Below are positions 29,020-41,986 of a stretch of DNA of 64,000 nt, piece after piece. Both the position numbers and the translations under genes were made by a program. This DNA comes from Eledone cirrhosa (taxonomy: Eukaryota): contig OZ024754.1 in assembly GCA_964016885.1 (NCBI GenBank), forward strand, positions 17,236,001 to 17,300,000, in the 5' to 3' direction. Below the pieces are notes generated by a model that ran no database searches, was not told the DNA's origin, and saw nothing but the letters and a program-made list of their open reading frames with translations. Positions within the stretch are counted from its first letter, which is position 1, and each line of letters begins with the position of its first letter.

Positions 29020-29532
29020 GGTTTTAGTTCGGTGACGGCAGAATAATGTTCATTCAATTCTGTTATTCAGCAATTTCTTCTTGTGTGTGATTATGTAATA
29101 AATCTCAAGATTACACAATTTGCAGAAATTTTGGCTCCTGGAAAAGCTTTGGGTTTTAGCTAATTTCTCTCATTTTAGGGTAAACTTTTGATCGCTATCC
29201 CTGAGCGTCCAAGCTTTTTCTGCTAAAGTTGTTACATTTCTTTGGCTCTGGTGTTTTATTGAGTAAGAATGCCTATATAATCGAGATTTAAACGATGTTG
29301 CCGTTGATCCCACGTAATACCACTCGTTGCCTCCGGATTTAATGGTACACTTATAAATAATATTTTTTTCCAGGCAGTTATTGCCGAGGGGGCAGTTGTC
29401 AGGATAGGTGCAGTTACAGTTGTGTACGTTGGGTTTTCTCTGGAGTAGTATTGCGGACGAACTTAGGTGTGGTTTATTTATGTTCTGTAGTGTATTGTCT
29501 ACTGTTTTTTTTGTGTTCTTTGTACTTCTTGT
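29020..29532 (-). pseudogene. Penelope-like GIY-YIG endonuclease remnant
   Basis: CNCTYPDNCPLGNNCLEKNIIYKC...YYVGSTATSFKSRLYRH. The frame continues past two TGA stops into CKLCNLE...LLNNRIE*TLFCRH. Confidence 0.85.
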
Positions 29533-29675
29533 AATAGGTGCAAAAATGCGATAATGAATGTGTCTAAAAGCGACCATAAGTATGTATATATATGTGAAAA
29601 TGTATATAAATAAGTAAATATATATATATGTTTGATGTGTATAGTTAGATGTAAGTGTATTCATGTATTAAAATG

Positions 29676-29801
<126 letters not shown>

Positions 29802-29825
29802 TGTATATGTATATATAGATACATT

Positions 29826-30478
29826 TTTCAAATGCGAGAGGGCGCTATAGAAGTGGTGGATAGCTTCCGGTACCTAGGAGATCAGATTAGCATGGGAGGA
29901 GGGTGTTCCGAGGCCATAGTATCTAGAATAAGGACGGGTTGGAAGAAGTTTAGGGAGCTGCTTCCTCTGTTGACGAAGAAGGGTTTCTCCCTGCGTACGA
30001 AAGGCCAGTTGTATGATGCCTGTGTGAGGAGCGCGATGCTGCATGGTAGTGAGACATGGGCAGCTACCGCAGAAGATATGCGACGGCTGGAGAGAAATGA
30101 GGCAAGCATGCTCCGTTGGATGTGCAGTGTAAATGTGCGTGAACGACCCAGCATAAATGTGTTGAGAGAGAAACTGTGTCTGAGAGGGATAGAATGTAGT
30201 GTACGGGAGAGGAGACTGAGGTGGTATGGACATGTGATGCGCATGGAGGATGACCGATGGGTGAAGAAGTGCCAGGAAATGCCAGTTGAAGGAAGACGTG
30301 GTAGAGGTAGACCACGAAAAACATGGGCGGAGGTGGTGAGAACAGACCTCAGATCATTGAAGCTCACGGTGGAGATGACGAGGGACCGTGACGAGTGGAG
30401 AGATGCTGTGCTGAATAAGACCCGTCCCACCCTTGCAAGCAGGGAAAAGCGGACGTAAAATGATGATGATGATGATGA
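29826..30478 (+). mobile_element. RTE-clade LINE, 5'-truncated, nested in the PLE right arm
   Basis: IEVVDSFRYLG...MLHGSETW...RRLRWYGHVMRM...GRRGRGRPRKTW (RTE ORF C-terminus). (gat)n tail. Absent from the left arm. Confidence 0.92.
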
Positions 30479-33400
30479 TACACATAGACTAGAGTATGTA
30501 TGTATATATGTGTGTGTCTATACGTGTGTATATAAAGATAAGTTGAGTATAAAAATGTATACACATGAACACATATGTATGTACATGAATACATGTGTAT
30601 ATATATATATATATGTATGCATGTGTATATGTATGTAAGTATGAACATGTTACTATGTGAATGTGAGTATATGTATTTTGTAGAGGTGTGCAAATATGTT
30701 TGTGTGTGAATGCGTGGGTGAAAGGATACGTACACTTGAAAGAAAAATTTAAGTCTGAATGTTAATTAAGTGCAAACACAAAACCAACCACGCATATCTT
30801 TACTATCTCTAATCCTTCTATAGATTTAGAAAAATAACCAATAATATATTCTATAAAAATGTCAAAACAACAGATGGGAATCTAATTACTCACTGCCACC
30901 AAAAAATTCTCACTACTATCAAAAAACCACTCCCTCAACTATTCTTCTAACAACTTCACCCCTCCCTCCTAATATTCTCTATAAAAACCAAACAGGTCCT
31001 CAGTGACAGGTCCTTCTAATGAAATGACAGTAAATAATAACATTGAAATATTGAATGTCTGCATAACTAATACTTTGTAGATAGCAGCTGTTTTCAGGTT
31101 ATGTAACTGTTATAGAAACACGTGTCAATAAATTCCTTTCAACTAAACTGTATCCATTCAAATCTTTCTATATATATATAGAGAGAGATAGATAGATAGA
31201 CATGGCTGGGCTTAAGAAGTTGAAATTACTGAATTACTGGGGTTGATATAGTAGACTAAACTCCTTCAAGGCAGTACTCCAACATGGCCACAACCAAATG
31301 GCTGAAACAAGTAAAAGAAGATATCTATATATATATTGAAAGACTTGTATGTATATGTGTTTTATATATGCATATATATACATAGATATACATAGATACA
31401 CACACACACATATATATAATCATCATCATCATCATCATCTTTTTAGTGTCTGCTTTCCCTGCTAGCAAGGGTTGGGTGGGTCAACATAGACCAAGTCGGT
31501 ACCAAAGCAGGGCTACTGATCTCCCAGACAAGCCAGGTATTTGCATCTCACTTACATATAGTCTCATGTTCTCCCAAGTGTATCATGATTTTAGTAGGAA
31601 TATTGCATAACTGCTGTTAAACATGCTGTCTGCAACTCTTAAATATTAACTTTAGCACTCAAATTTCTTCTGTAATGTTTTTTAATGCTCTCAGTAAAAT
31701 GACTTATATGTTGAATCTGTCAGAATTATAGAAGTTGTGTGACTTAAGCAATTACATTGAAATTTGAGTCATTTTATATTTATTATTGAATTCTTTTACA
31801 AGTATTTAAATGATAAACATGGATGTTAGATATTTAATTCTTAATGTCTTATGCTACATGAAACAGCTTTAACAAGACATCCAAGTATAAAACATCACGA
31901 TGACAGTCACATTACAAACTACTAAAATCTTTACTCTAATTTTCACAGCAATCTGTATATTAGAAAAGCTGCTATAAACATTTGAATTAACAAACTTCTC
32001 TTTAGATATCTCTTCTCTTCTTCTTCACCCACTTATTCCTGAAAGGGTCATGGGGTAAGAGTCCTCAAACACTCCTCAGAGAGCCGGAATGAATACCATA
32101 AGCATTCTATTTGACTTTCTAATGACTCTGCCAATTCACCGCCTATAGTTATCTAGTAGACCTGCCTAAAACTTCTATTGGATGGATAGATACTTTTTTT
32201 AAGATTTCCATGTAGACTCTAAACTGATCTCCATATTTTATGTCTGAGAAATGGAGTAAAATCTAAACGCCATTTATAAGCTGAGGCAGTTAATCAACAC
32301 ATTATGGCACTGTTTTGAAATTCTCATGAGTGGAGAAAATATTTACAAAGTTTTAATATTTTGATATTTAAAATGTTTTAAGTATCATTGAGAGTATAAT
32401 TTTTGTTTTACAAATCCACTAGGTAATGACTTTTTTACCATTTCATTTGTTTTATAAAGTTTCAAGTTTCTTGAATTTTTGTTCACTTTCAGCTACTCAA
32501 ATGCTAGGAATATTTTGCCTTTTTTTAAAAGTAGACAATAGTGTAACAGATTTTTATTTAATATACACATCAAATAAAATGAGATCAACTAAGAGAACTC
32601 TGTATAAGGATTCAGAGTAGATGGGGGAGGAAGAGACAGCAAGTGAGAGAGAGGAGAGGTAGAGTGAGAAAAAGAAAGGGCAAGAGCAAAAAAAGGGGGA
32701 GAGCAAGGGAGTGTAATAAAACAAGTCAAGATTGAAAGAAAAAAATATAATAACGTAAGTCACAGAGAAAAACAGTCGGCGTGCATGTGTTTAAGTATGC
32801 ATGTGTATATGTGTAGAGGGTATTTCTGTATTAATAAGTTCATATAATAAAACTTTCTGGGAATGTTCTCAAGGCAATGCCTATATAAAACTCATGACAA
32901 TGTAAATGTAGAAAAACAGTGTTTCGTTGTGAAAATAATCACTCCAGATATTTTAGCACCTTATTTACACAGAATTTGAAGTTGGTGAAAATCGTCACAT
33001 TATTAACCCTGAATGTAATCCCCCCCATCCCACTATCATTTTTTTTTTATACATATTCTTCATTTTATATTTGAGTACATACGATACTTCAGTTACAAAC
33101 ATTTCCAGCTTCTGGCTATTATCACGCCAGTGGCTTCTTTACTATTGTCTAATGTTTTTCCTAGATAGCTTCTTTGCACAGAATTCTTAAGAATTTTTCA
33201 AATAAAACACTGTTGGAACATTTGCTCGTCTTTGTGATCTGTTGATAAGATATAGCTGTGGTTCTCAATGTGTAGTTTCCAGGCATTGGGGCAGGGGTCT
33301 GGGGTAAGGTGGGAATTCTAGAGATACATAAGCTTCTTGAGTATACAGAGCTTTTCAAAAGGTGAGTTGTAACAATAACATGACAAGACTGGGCCCCCCA

Positions 33401-33725
33401 TAACATTAAAACAGCTGAGAACCCTCCTATTGGGTGCAGCCTTGTAGGAAGCAAGCGATGAATTTCATATTTTTTAGTGTTGTACATTTTCATGGAATGT
33501 AGTGTTCACATTTTGGTATTGTTAAAGAAGGCTAGGATGTCATAAAATTGCAAGGGGATTTTTTCTGTTGATAATGTCTGCATATTTGCCAATAAATATT
33601 TTATTTGATAAATGCTTAAGAATTCTATGGCAGAGAGCTATCATCACCACCACCATCACGATCATCATCTTCGTCGTCACCATTATTGTTTAGGCAAGAT
33701 ATCAGTAAATATTAAAGGAGGTATT

Positions 33726-34022
33726 ATGGAGGCACATGGCTTAGTGGTTAGAGCATTGGCCTTGCAATCGAAAGGTTGTGAGTTCAATTCTCAGACCGGG
33801 TGATGTGTTGTTTCCTTGAGCAAGACACTTTATTTCACATTGCTCCAGTTTACTCAGCTGTAATGTGGACGTGTAGGTGCCACGGCAAAAAAGCACCCAG
33901 CACTCACTGTAACGAGGTTGGTGTTAGAAAGGGCATCCAGCTGTAGAAATCAAGCCAGAATCAGTTCCCTTCCCACCCTTGCAAGCAGGGAAAAAGCGGA
34001 CGTAAAATGAAATGAATGATGA
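33726..34022 (+). mobile_element. tRNA-derived SINE, family B (CORE-like centre, RTE-derived tail)
   Basis: A/B-box-like tggcttagtggttagagc and gagttcaattc. CORE-like ccttgagcaagacactt. Tail tcccacccttgcaagcagggaaaa..gcggacgtaaaatga shared with the RTE at 30422-30478. Confidence 0.88.
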
Positions 34023-34240
34023 AATGATTAAAGAAACCACTGGCTTGAATAATGAACTAATGCTTAATAGCCTGAAGCTGGTTACAGTTGGGATTTATAA
34101 TGTGATGTCAAACATAACTTGCAGAATATTGTGATCTTTCTCGTCATTGCGATACAAGAGACTCTATTTACACACATACACATAAACACAGACATTATCC
34201 ACAGGTTTTTATACCTATCTGCTTTTCCTCTTCTTTTCAG

Positions 34241-34358
34241 CTTGTACCAATCCCGATGTTGAATGCTCCTATGGTGCTTGGGTTGCTCCTGCTCTCATGT
34301 GTGTATATTTGCTGGTAGCTAACATCTTGTTAGTCAACCTACTTATTGCAAGATTCAA
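34241..34358 (+). CDS. TRPM: TRPM channel exon (outer pore loop and S6)
   Basis: ttttcAG acceptor and GT at 34359. (P)[38 protein letters not shown]. Phase 1 in, phase 2 out. Not in the ORF track. Confidence 0.95.
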
Positions 34359-34688
34359 GTGAGTTCTGTTTATTTTATCATAAAAATTAATTTACAATAA
34401 ACTACACACACTTCAACCGCTAGGGTGAACTTCTTATTGCAAGATAATATGAATGCTTTTACTTAATTGTTTTTCTATTGCTTAGTCAGGAGAAAGAGCA
34501 CTGCCTGTGATATTTTTCAGGGCCTCTGAGATTGATAGGAGGAGTGGGGAGGTACCCTTTATCCAAGAGTCTGGTCTGAATGCTTACTAAGGAGTGGACT
34601 CTGCTAAAGGCACCCAAGGCTCAAGTGATGTTAAACCAGACAACTGATTAAGTCTGCCATCCAAATAGAAATGAGGATGATAAAACAA

Positions 34689-34732
<44 letters not shown>

Positions 34733-34746
34733 AATTTAAGTTAACT

Positions 34747-34920
34747 TACCATATTTCCCAGCGTCGGAGACTCTACTCTTTCCTGAAAATAAGTCTCAAA
34801 AATCTACCATGCGTCCTGGAGGCCAAAGGTTGTTTATTTATTTTTTTTAATTATTTTTTGTTGTCAAAATTAGGATGCGTCCTCAAGGATGAAGTGTCTT
34901 TGGCGCCAGGAAATACAGTA
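34747..34920. mobile_element. Possible pogo/Tigger-like MITE
   Basis: Imperfect TIRs taccatatttcc / ggaaatacagta with TA ends. Confidence 0.45.
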
Positions 34921-34963
34921 ATTTCAAAATTCCTAACCCATTCAACAATTTTGAAAAAGGATC

Positions 34964-35104
34964 TTTCTTACGACTCACAGAGATATGGTGTCCCTATTCT
35001 AAACTGGATACACCTGGCCATTATTTATATATATATATATATATATAATGGCCATGTGTATCCAGTTTAGAATGGTACACCATATCTCTGTGAGTCGTAA
35101 GAAA
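34964..35104. repeat. Near-perfect hairpin, ~58-bp arms around a (TA)n loop
   Basis: tttcttacgactcacagagatatggtgt...tggccatta pairs with taatggcca...accatatctctgtgagtcgtaagaaa. Confidence 0.9.
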
Positions 35105-35698
35105 CTACAAAAATTGTTAGTGTCAATAAGGGCATCCAGCTGTAAAACATTTCCTCAAAAAGTCTCAATCAACCCATACCAACATAAAAACAATCTTGCT
35201 GAAATGATACACTGAAATATTCCCACTATTCTTTTTCATACAATAAAATATATTCTTTCTGATTCTGTTCAATTCTTTTAACTTATAAATATCTCTTCAT
35301 CAATATTTTGGTGTGTATTCTTGCATTTCCATTTTATAAAAATTTCATGAAATTTTTTTTTTTTTTGCCATTTAATCATTGAGCAGTTTGGAAGTAATAC
35401 ATTTTCTAATTCAACTGTCAGTTGAAAGAATTTGTTTACTAGTAGTTTTAAATGTATGACTTGTATATATATATATCTGTTTTGTATATATATTTATATA
35501 CATTATTCATTTCAAAATATTTGAATACAATATTTTTACAGTGTTAATGCTACATTTGATATCAGTGATTTTTCATTTTAATCATATTATCTAGTAACAT
35601 TGATATTTTTAGATCTCCATATTTCTGATTTAATTCTCATGGTCAGACTTAGAACAGTGTTTTAATATTAAAATTGCTCAATTGTTAATATTTTTCTG

Positions 35699-35791
35699 CA
35701 GGGTGTCCCCCAAAAATGTATACACACTTCAACAGTATTCTAATCAAAGCGTGTGTGTGTATATATATATAAATATATTTGGGACACCCTG
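35699..35791. mobile_element. Small Tc1/mariner-type MITE
   Basis: TIRs cagggtgtccc / gggacaccctg, with TA on the right flank. Confidence 0.6.
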
Positions 35792-35841
35792 TATATATTA
35801 AAATTCATTTAATATTAAAAATGTTTTTTTTTTATTTCTAG

Positions 35842-36032
35842 TGCAACATTCATTCGCAATAATGCCAATTCTAGAGAAATTTGGAAATTCCAACGATATC
35901 AGCTCATTATTGTATATGAGCTACGACCACTTTTGCCTCCACCTCTCATCTTACTAAGCCACTTGTTCCTTACTTTAAAGTTTATCAAACGTAGATGCCA
36001 GGGAAAACGAGATTACTTTGATAATGGCCTCA
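35842..36032 (+). CDS. TRPM: TRPM channel exon (TRP domain)
   Basis: tttctAG acceptor and GT at 36033. (N)ATFIRNNANSREIWKFQRYQLIIVYELRPLLPPPLILLSH...DNGL contains the TRP box WKFQRY and LPPP. Phase 2 in, phase 1 out. Confidence 0.96.
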
Positions 36033-36690
36033 GTAAGTATGTTTACTAATGCAACTTGTAAATTTTTATATATTATATCAGTTGTATTTTCTAAACCACT
36101 TTAATAATATATGTTATTATTTTGCTTATAAGTGATGAGTGTTTGAGTGTTATGCATTTAATAATGATAATTATAGAACAAAATCAAAGACATAATTGAA
36201 ATCTTTTACATAATGAAACCTATTTGAGTGTATGCTTTAAACAAACATAGCTCTGGAAGGAAACTGAAGACAGAATCAGAAATGTCCACCAATTCAAGAC
36301 AATATATTGTCTAAGAGGACTCTTCAGACTGAGTGATCACGTGACAACCTCTTTAGTGATGGTGCCGCAGTAAACACAGCCAGTCCACTTCATATAGTGG
36401 TAGTATTAGTACCACAAAGAAACACATCCATTACATCCATTACATCCTCTTAGGTGGTTGGTGTTATGAAGGGAATCCAGCCATAGAAACCATACCAAAT
36501 ACAGAAAGTATGAGCTAGGCTGGTCACTTGACTAGTTTGACCTATGCCAGCAGGTGTAAAAATGATGATAATGGTGATGTTGGTAATACTTCAAAATAGA
36601 AATAAGACCATTTATAAAATGAGGAAATCCATAGATCCCTCACATATGCATAAAAATATTTGAGTCAACTTTATAGTGAATGTTTTTCCA

Positions 36691-36919
36691 TTAACCCTTT
36701 AGTATTTACATTAGTCTATATTTACTTTTATATTTTTATGGTAAAGGCTTTAACTCACATAAATATCTCACATAATATCGAATCTATGAGATTTTGATAT
36801 TATTTATTTTGAGAATAATACCTTAACATCAGTATGAGCAGGCAGTTACAGCCAGTTTGAACAGAAAGAGGTGAGAGAATTCTGGCCAAATACAGCCGGT
36901 TTAAATGCTAAAGGGTTAA
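36691..36919. mobile_element. piggyBac-type MITE
   Basis: TTAA-ccctttagtattta ... taaatgctaaaggg-TTAA. TIR matches the ends of the piggyBac at 38992-41736. Confidence 0.8.
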
Positions 36920-38017
36920 CCATATTTTACCTCATAGATCAACTTTGAATACTTTGTGTAGACAGTTGAGTTGGAAGTATTAGACGACAACCCATTTGCA
37001 GTGTTCCTTGTTGTAGCTCCTCACTAAAATTCAATCATGTTATCATAGAATCATTTATTCCTTTAAAAACGTTTTAGTAAAAGGAAAATAAATGTTTTCG
37101 AATTGTGTGCAGTCGAAAATAAATTACTGTCACACTCACGATTATCAGGTTTGAAATTAGATAGTTTATGGCTTCTTCATATACTCTTAAACACGAGTTT
37201 AAGAATTATACCCATTTTGGCTTAACTGGAAATGTAGAAAACTAATCATTTCTCTTGGAATTTCATCTGTGCATTAAAATTGCTCACTTTCCAGCTTATA
37301 TTTGTTTATTTTGCTAAGACTTTAAGTGAAGTTTTGTCATATGATCAATTCTATTATTTATCTGCTACTAAAATTTCATTAAAAAAATCCACTAACAGCA
37401 GTACTACCCATTTTCTCTTGGATTTATTAATTTTTAACAACCTGCAACAGTTTAGCAGAAAACATCTTTTAAAAAATGGTTATGTTAATTTGAATGTTTA
37501 CAGTATCTTCACAACTGAATAGATTGTTGGAACATTTTTATTATTAGAGTAAAAACTTTCATTTTAAATTTGATGCAGTCTTTTAAGAAGGACTTACTAA
37601 TGTAGTTTCTCTTGAAACGTGTAAGGAATTAAAAATGGTTTAAAAGCTAATTTTTCCATTTATATATTTGATTTATATATTTATATACATGGTTGTGTAT
37701 CGTCTGACAATAATTTTTATATTAACGCTCTGACTATATACTTTGTATGACTTAAAATTTGCTTGTCTTGCATTTAATACACATTGAGCACACTGTCCTC
37801 TTCACTACTGGATTATAATTCTTACAACTAATCTCTTATCTCTCCTTCTTGATTGGTTTGTACACTTACTTTTGATATATATATATAAATAAATATATAT
37901 ACACACACACACACCATTATACATTTATTTTTCCATTCTTACATTTATATGCAGGTTTGTTTGATATTGATATTTTCATCCTTAAATAAGATTATTACTT
38001 TTTTTCCTCCCATACAG

Positions 38018-38150
38018 AACTATTCTTATCTCATGAAGATACTGAAAAACTACATGCCTTTGAAGAAGAGAATGTTGAAGATTACTTTAGGGAGAAAGAT
38101 AGCAAATTTCAATCTAGTACAGATGAACGTATTCGGGTAATAAGTGATAG
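38018..38150 (+). CDS. TRPM: TRPM channel exon (connecting helix)
   Basis: catacAG acceptor and GT at 38151. (K)LFLSHEDTEKLHAFEEENVEDYFREKDSKFQSSTDERIRVISD(R), matching the TRPM LKLFL...LHDFEE...ERIRV pattern. Confidence 0.95.
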
Positions 38151-38439
38151 GTTAGTAGTAATATTTTTCTCATTGTGCTTCTGATGAAACCTGTTCCCTA
38201 ACCACAAGGCTATGTACTTTCACAGATGTCTTCAAAATTTAACCTTTGGTCTGACTCAAAATTAATGTTAAAAAAGCTGTTAAAATGTTTCCCAACTTAA
38301 AGTTTTGTGTTTACAAATGTTACAACGTACCTTTCAAAATTAGGGGTTGTTTCTTTTTAAAGTAGTTGGCAATCAAACGGGGAGAGTATAGGGCTGAACG
38401 GAGTCTTTAATTCTGCTGAACATCTGACAAGCTCTCTAA

Positions 38440-38815
38440 TGCTGGTGCCACAATAAAATACACCCAGTACTCTGTAAAGCGGTAGTGCTGGTGCCATAAT
38501 AAAATGCACCCAGTACTCTGTAAAGTGGTAGTGCTGGTGCCATAATAAAATGCACCCAGTACACTCTGTAAAGTGGTAGTCCTGATGCCACAATAAAATG
38601 CACCCAGTACATTCTGTAAAGTGGTAGTGCTGATGCCACAATAAAATGCACCCAGTACACTCTGTAAAGTGGTAGTGCTGATGCCACAATAAATTGCACC
38701 GAGTACACTCTGTAAAGTGGTAGTGCTGATGCCACAATAAAATGCACCCAGTACACTCTGTAAAGTGGTAGTGCTGGTGCCATAATAAAATGCATCCTGT
38801 ACTTTTTGTAAAGTG
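38440..38815. repeat. 48-bp minisatellite inside a plus-strand family B SINE remnant
   Basis: Unit taaagtggtagtgctgatgccacaataaaatgcacccagtacactctg, about 8 copies, followed by ggttggcattaagaagggcatccagc. Confidence 0.85.
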
Positions 38816-39058
38816 GTTGGCATTAAGAAGGGCATCCAGCCCTAGAAACCATGGAATGTATGAGCAAGACATTGTTACCCAACCTGTTATACCTTGGACC
38901 TTGATGATCTATACCAGCATTGAAAACTAACATAAATTGATGATGGTAATGATGGTGATTATTTTTTTCTCATGGGAATTCCATTTAGTATTTAACCCTT
39001 TAGCATTCGCATTAATTGTCAAACGTCACGCTTATCTGTTCGCATTATTTTGAGTTAA

Positions 39059-39250
39059 GGGCGGTGGATTGGCAGTATCGGTAGAGGGTCGGACGCCATG
39101 CTTTCCAGCATAGTTAAGTCCCTTTACGATCTGAGTTCAAATCCCGCCGAGGTTGACTTTGCCTTTCATCCTTGCGGGGTCAATAAAATAAAGTACCAGT
39201 AATGCACTGGGTAATTGCTGGCCTTGTGCCTAAAGTAGAAACAATTATTT
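39059..39250 (+). mobile_element. tRNA-derived SINE, family A, nested in the piggyBac
   Basis: 15-bp TSD attattttgagttaa at 39044-39058 and 39244-39258. Confidence 0.9.
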
Positions 39251-39826
39251 TGAGTTAATCATACTCAAGAGGGTTATCAATTTCATTTGTTTGTAATTTT
39301 CTTAATTTTCTATGTGCAAACTTGAAATTTTGTCAGTAGATGTTAAAATGTCAATAATTTACAATTGTATATTTTTACTGATTTTTTTTTTGTTAAATTT
39401 GACTTTTATGGGCAGGTGAAATTAACAGGCGTAAAAGTAATGACTTTATGGATAAACACAAAAATTAAAACTTTATCTGACTTACCTGCTAGATTTATTA
39501 CAAAGAATATCCAACAATGACCTAGATGTTGACTTCCAACAATTTTAGCACATTTCTGAACAGGTGAATTAATTTTAAATGCAGGTATAATCAGTACACG
39601 GTTTTAGTCTGTCTCTACATTTCATGCAAATATTTTCATTGAAAAAAATGTATAAAACTCTTTCACCAGTCAAAATAATATTGGCAATATACTCTTACAC
39701 AATGTACAGAGTAGATTTATATAACAGAATGTGCCCAATATATAAGTTCATTAACAGGTGTGACACAGGTGAATGCAGGTGTTTTTTGTATTTAATGTGT
39801 TCCAATATATTTTAAAAATATTTTTT

Positions 39827-41483
39827 TCAATATTGTCGGACAATATTTCTATCATGATATTGGCCAAAACAGCCTTTACATAATGGCACTTTGCAAAAAG
39901 AACACATAAACGTGGTTTGAATTCCATAACCTTTAACAGTTTTTCTCTTTTGCAAAGAGCACATTCGGCAAACCTTCTTCCTCCCATTAATTTTCTCCAC
40001 TTTGTGAAAATCAATATTTTCCGTGTTTACCTCAGATAATTTCGACTTTCTCCCAACTTTGTGTTTACGAGAAGAATATCCTCCACATAGCTGAGAGGCA
40101 ACGTCTACACAAAATTTCATGTGGCAGTAGTCCTTTGGTGGTGGCGGATTCTTGTGGCTTTTAGTGAATACAATAAAAGAATTCACAATGGTTAAATTCA
40201 CTAAAAACCACAAGATATATCGTCCAACTGGGTATTGGTCGGATTTGTCAACCCCACCCATATATTTATTATAGGAGAGGTTGACTAAAGGTTTACCTTC
40301 AGCCCCAACTCCTGGTTCTTGGTTAGACGATAGGAACAACATTTGCCATTTGTCTTTATACAATGTGGCTAACATGTTCCCTTTTTGCAATTGGAGAATG
40401 TCCCCTCTCTTTTTAAATTTTGTGATTTTCATTTCTTGGGGTAGCCCTTTGCGATTCCCCATTATTGTACCACAGGTGTATGTATTTACGAGGGCAAGAT
40501 CCTCTGCTAGACGCACGGAACAAAAAAAACGATCAAAATATATGTGTTTATGTTGAGAGTGAAAGGGTTCAGTCAGAGACCACACAACATCGTACCCCAA
40601 GCCTTATTTTCTCTCTCCGTTGTGTTTCTTTCCTGTGTAAACATCAAAGTTTACACAGTAGCCTGTGTCCGATTCACAGAGTTCCCACACCTTGATGCCC
40701 CATTTAGTGGGTTTAGCTGCATGTATTGTCTAAAATGAATCCTACCCTTATACCCAATCATAGCTTCATCAACACTAAGATTTTTCCCAAGTATATACAC
40801 TGTTTTAAATTTTTCCGAGAGCATTTTAATTACTGGTCGAACTTTATACAGAGGGTCATAATTGAAATCATTTCTACCAGGGACATTTGAAGTATCAACC
40901 AGATGCAAATATTGGTTTAATTTCAAATACCTTGTTTTTGGCATAATACTCGATATATAAGGGTCGCTAAACCTTATATCAGTGCTCCAGTAATTCCACA
41001 GTCTTGGAAATTGTTTTATACCAAACATAATGTTTATGGTAAAAAACGCTTGCATCCCCGCAGCATCTGTCGGTCGCCATAACTGATTGGGTTTTCTTCG
41101 ATATGAAATCTGCTGTTGGGCATATCGATTCGTCTCTTTTGCCACAACTTTGAAGAAAGTTTGTGGCAAAAACAAAAAGAAATAATCCAGTGCTTTAGCA
41201 TCGGGAGGTAATATATGCTGTGGACCAGTATTTTCAACAAAATCGGGAACATGTATTGGTGTGGTATTTTTTGACCATGTTACTGAAATATCTTCAATGG
41301 CGTCCTGGAGATCTGCTTCGCTTTCACTTTCAAAATAACAATCTTCGTCGGACGAAATTTCAGAAATATAAACATCAGATTCATTTGATGATATATCACT
41401 AATATTATCTTTTGTTCTTGTTCATTCTGAATGTCGTCTTGTGTAAAACCTTCAAAGTCGGTATCGCTACTTTCAGAAGCCAT
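39827..41483 (-). pseudogene. piggyBac (PGBD4-like) transposase, frameshifted
   Basis: Acidic N-terminus SDTDFEGF. Catalytic motifs LSVDEAMIGYKGR, YFDRFF and MGGVDKSDQ. C-terminal Cys-rich CRMC...CSFCKVPLCKGCFGQYH. Split over four reading frames. Confidence 0.92.
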
Positions 41484-41986
41484 GTTGATACAAAAAAATT
41501 TTGTTGCACTTTCAAAGTTAAAAAAACACGTGTTGCTTTAACTTGTTTCACTATATTAAGTGTTAATTTTCACGGTAAAGGCCTAATTTTGCAGTGGTCT
41601 CGAATTGACGAGATTTTGATGATGGTTTGTTTATTTTTAGAACAATATTTTAGTGTAGGTGTTTTGGGGCGCTTTCGGGCGGTTTGAACAAATGAAGGGG
41701 AAATAATTTTGGGCGGTTTGAACACTAAAGGGTTAATTAGCATATAACCTAGCAGCAAAATGGATATTTGATGATGATAATGATGATGATGATGACAGTC
41801 ATTATTGTTGTTGTTGTTAGCAGCAATGAAACCATTAATAATTAAGATAACCCAATTAATTGCTCATGTTCTCATTAATTAATAATTGAAGTTGTTATTT
41901 TGGTTTATGATGAACCATATTGAGCTATATATTGTTTCTTTCAAATAAATCAGAGATAAATTCCTCTATATTTTTATATTTTGCAG

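Larger units (their letters stand above)
38992..41736 (-). mobile_element. piggyBac DNA transposon, complete ends, decayed
   Basis: TTAA TSDs at 38992-38995 and 41733-41736. TIRs CCCTTTAG..TTC. Internal transposase fragments and a nested SINE at 39059. Confidence 0.85.

Noticed and set aside
29020-29172. In-frame TGA as selenocysteine readthrough in GIY-YIG
   Set aside because: The first TGA sits at an expected Trp (LK*EKL), not a Cys position. Simple nonsense decay is more likely.
33161-33493. LINE C-terminal remnant
   Set aside because: Only a vague resemblance, with no diagnostic motif.
33726-33800. tRNA gene
   Set aside because: A/B boxes are present but no full cloverleaf. It is a SINE head continuing into SINE body.
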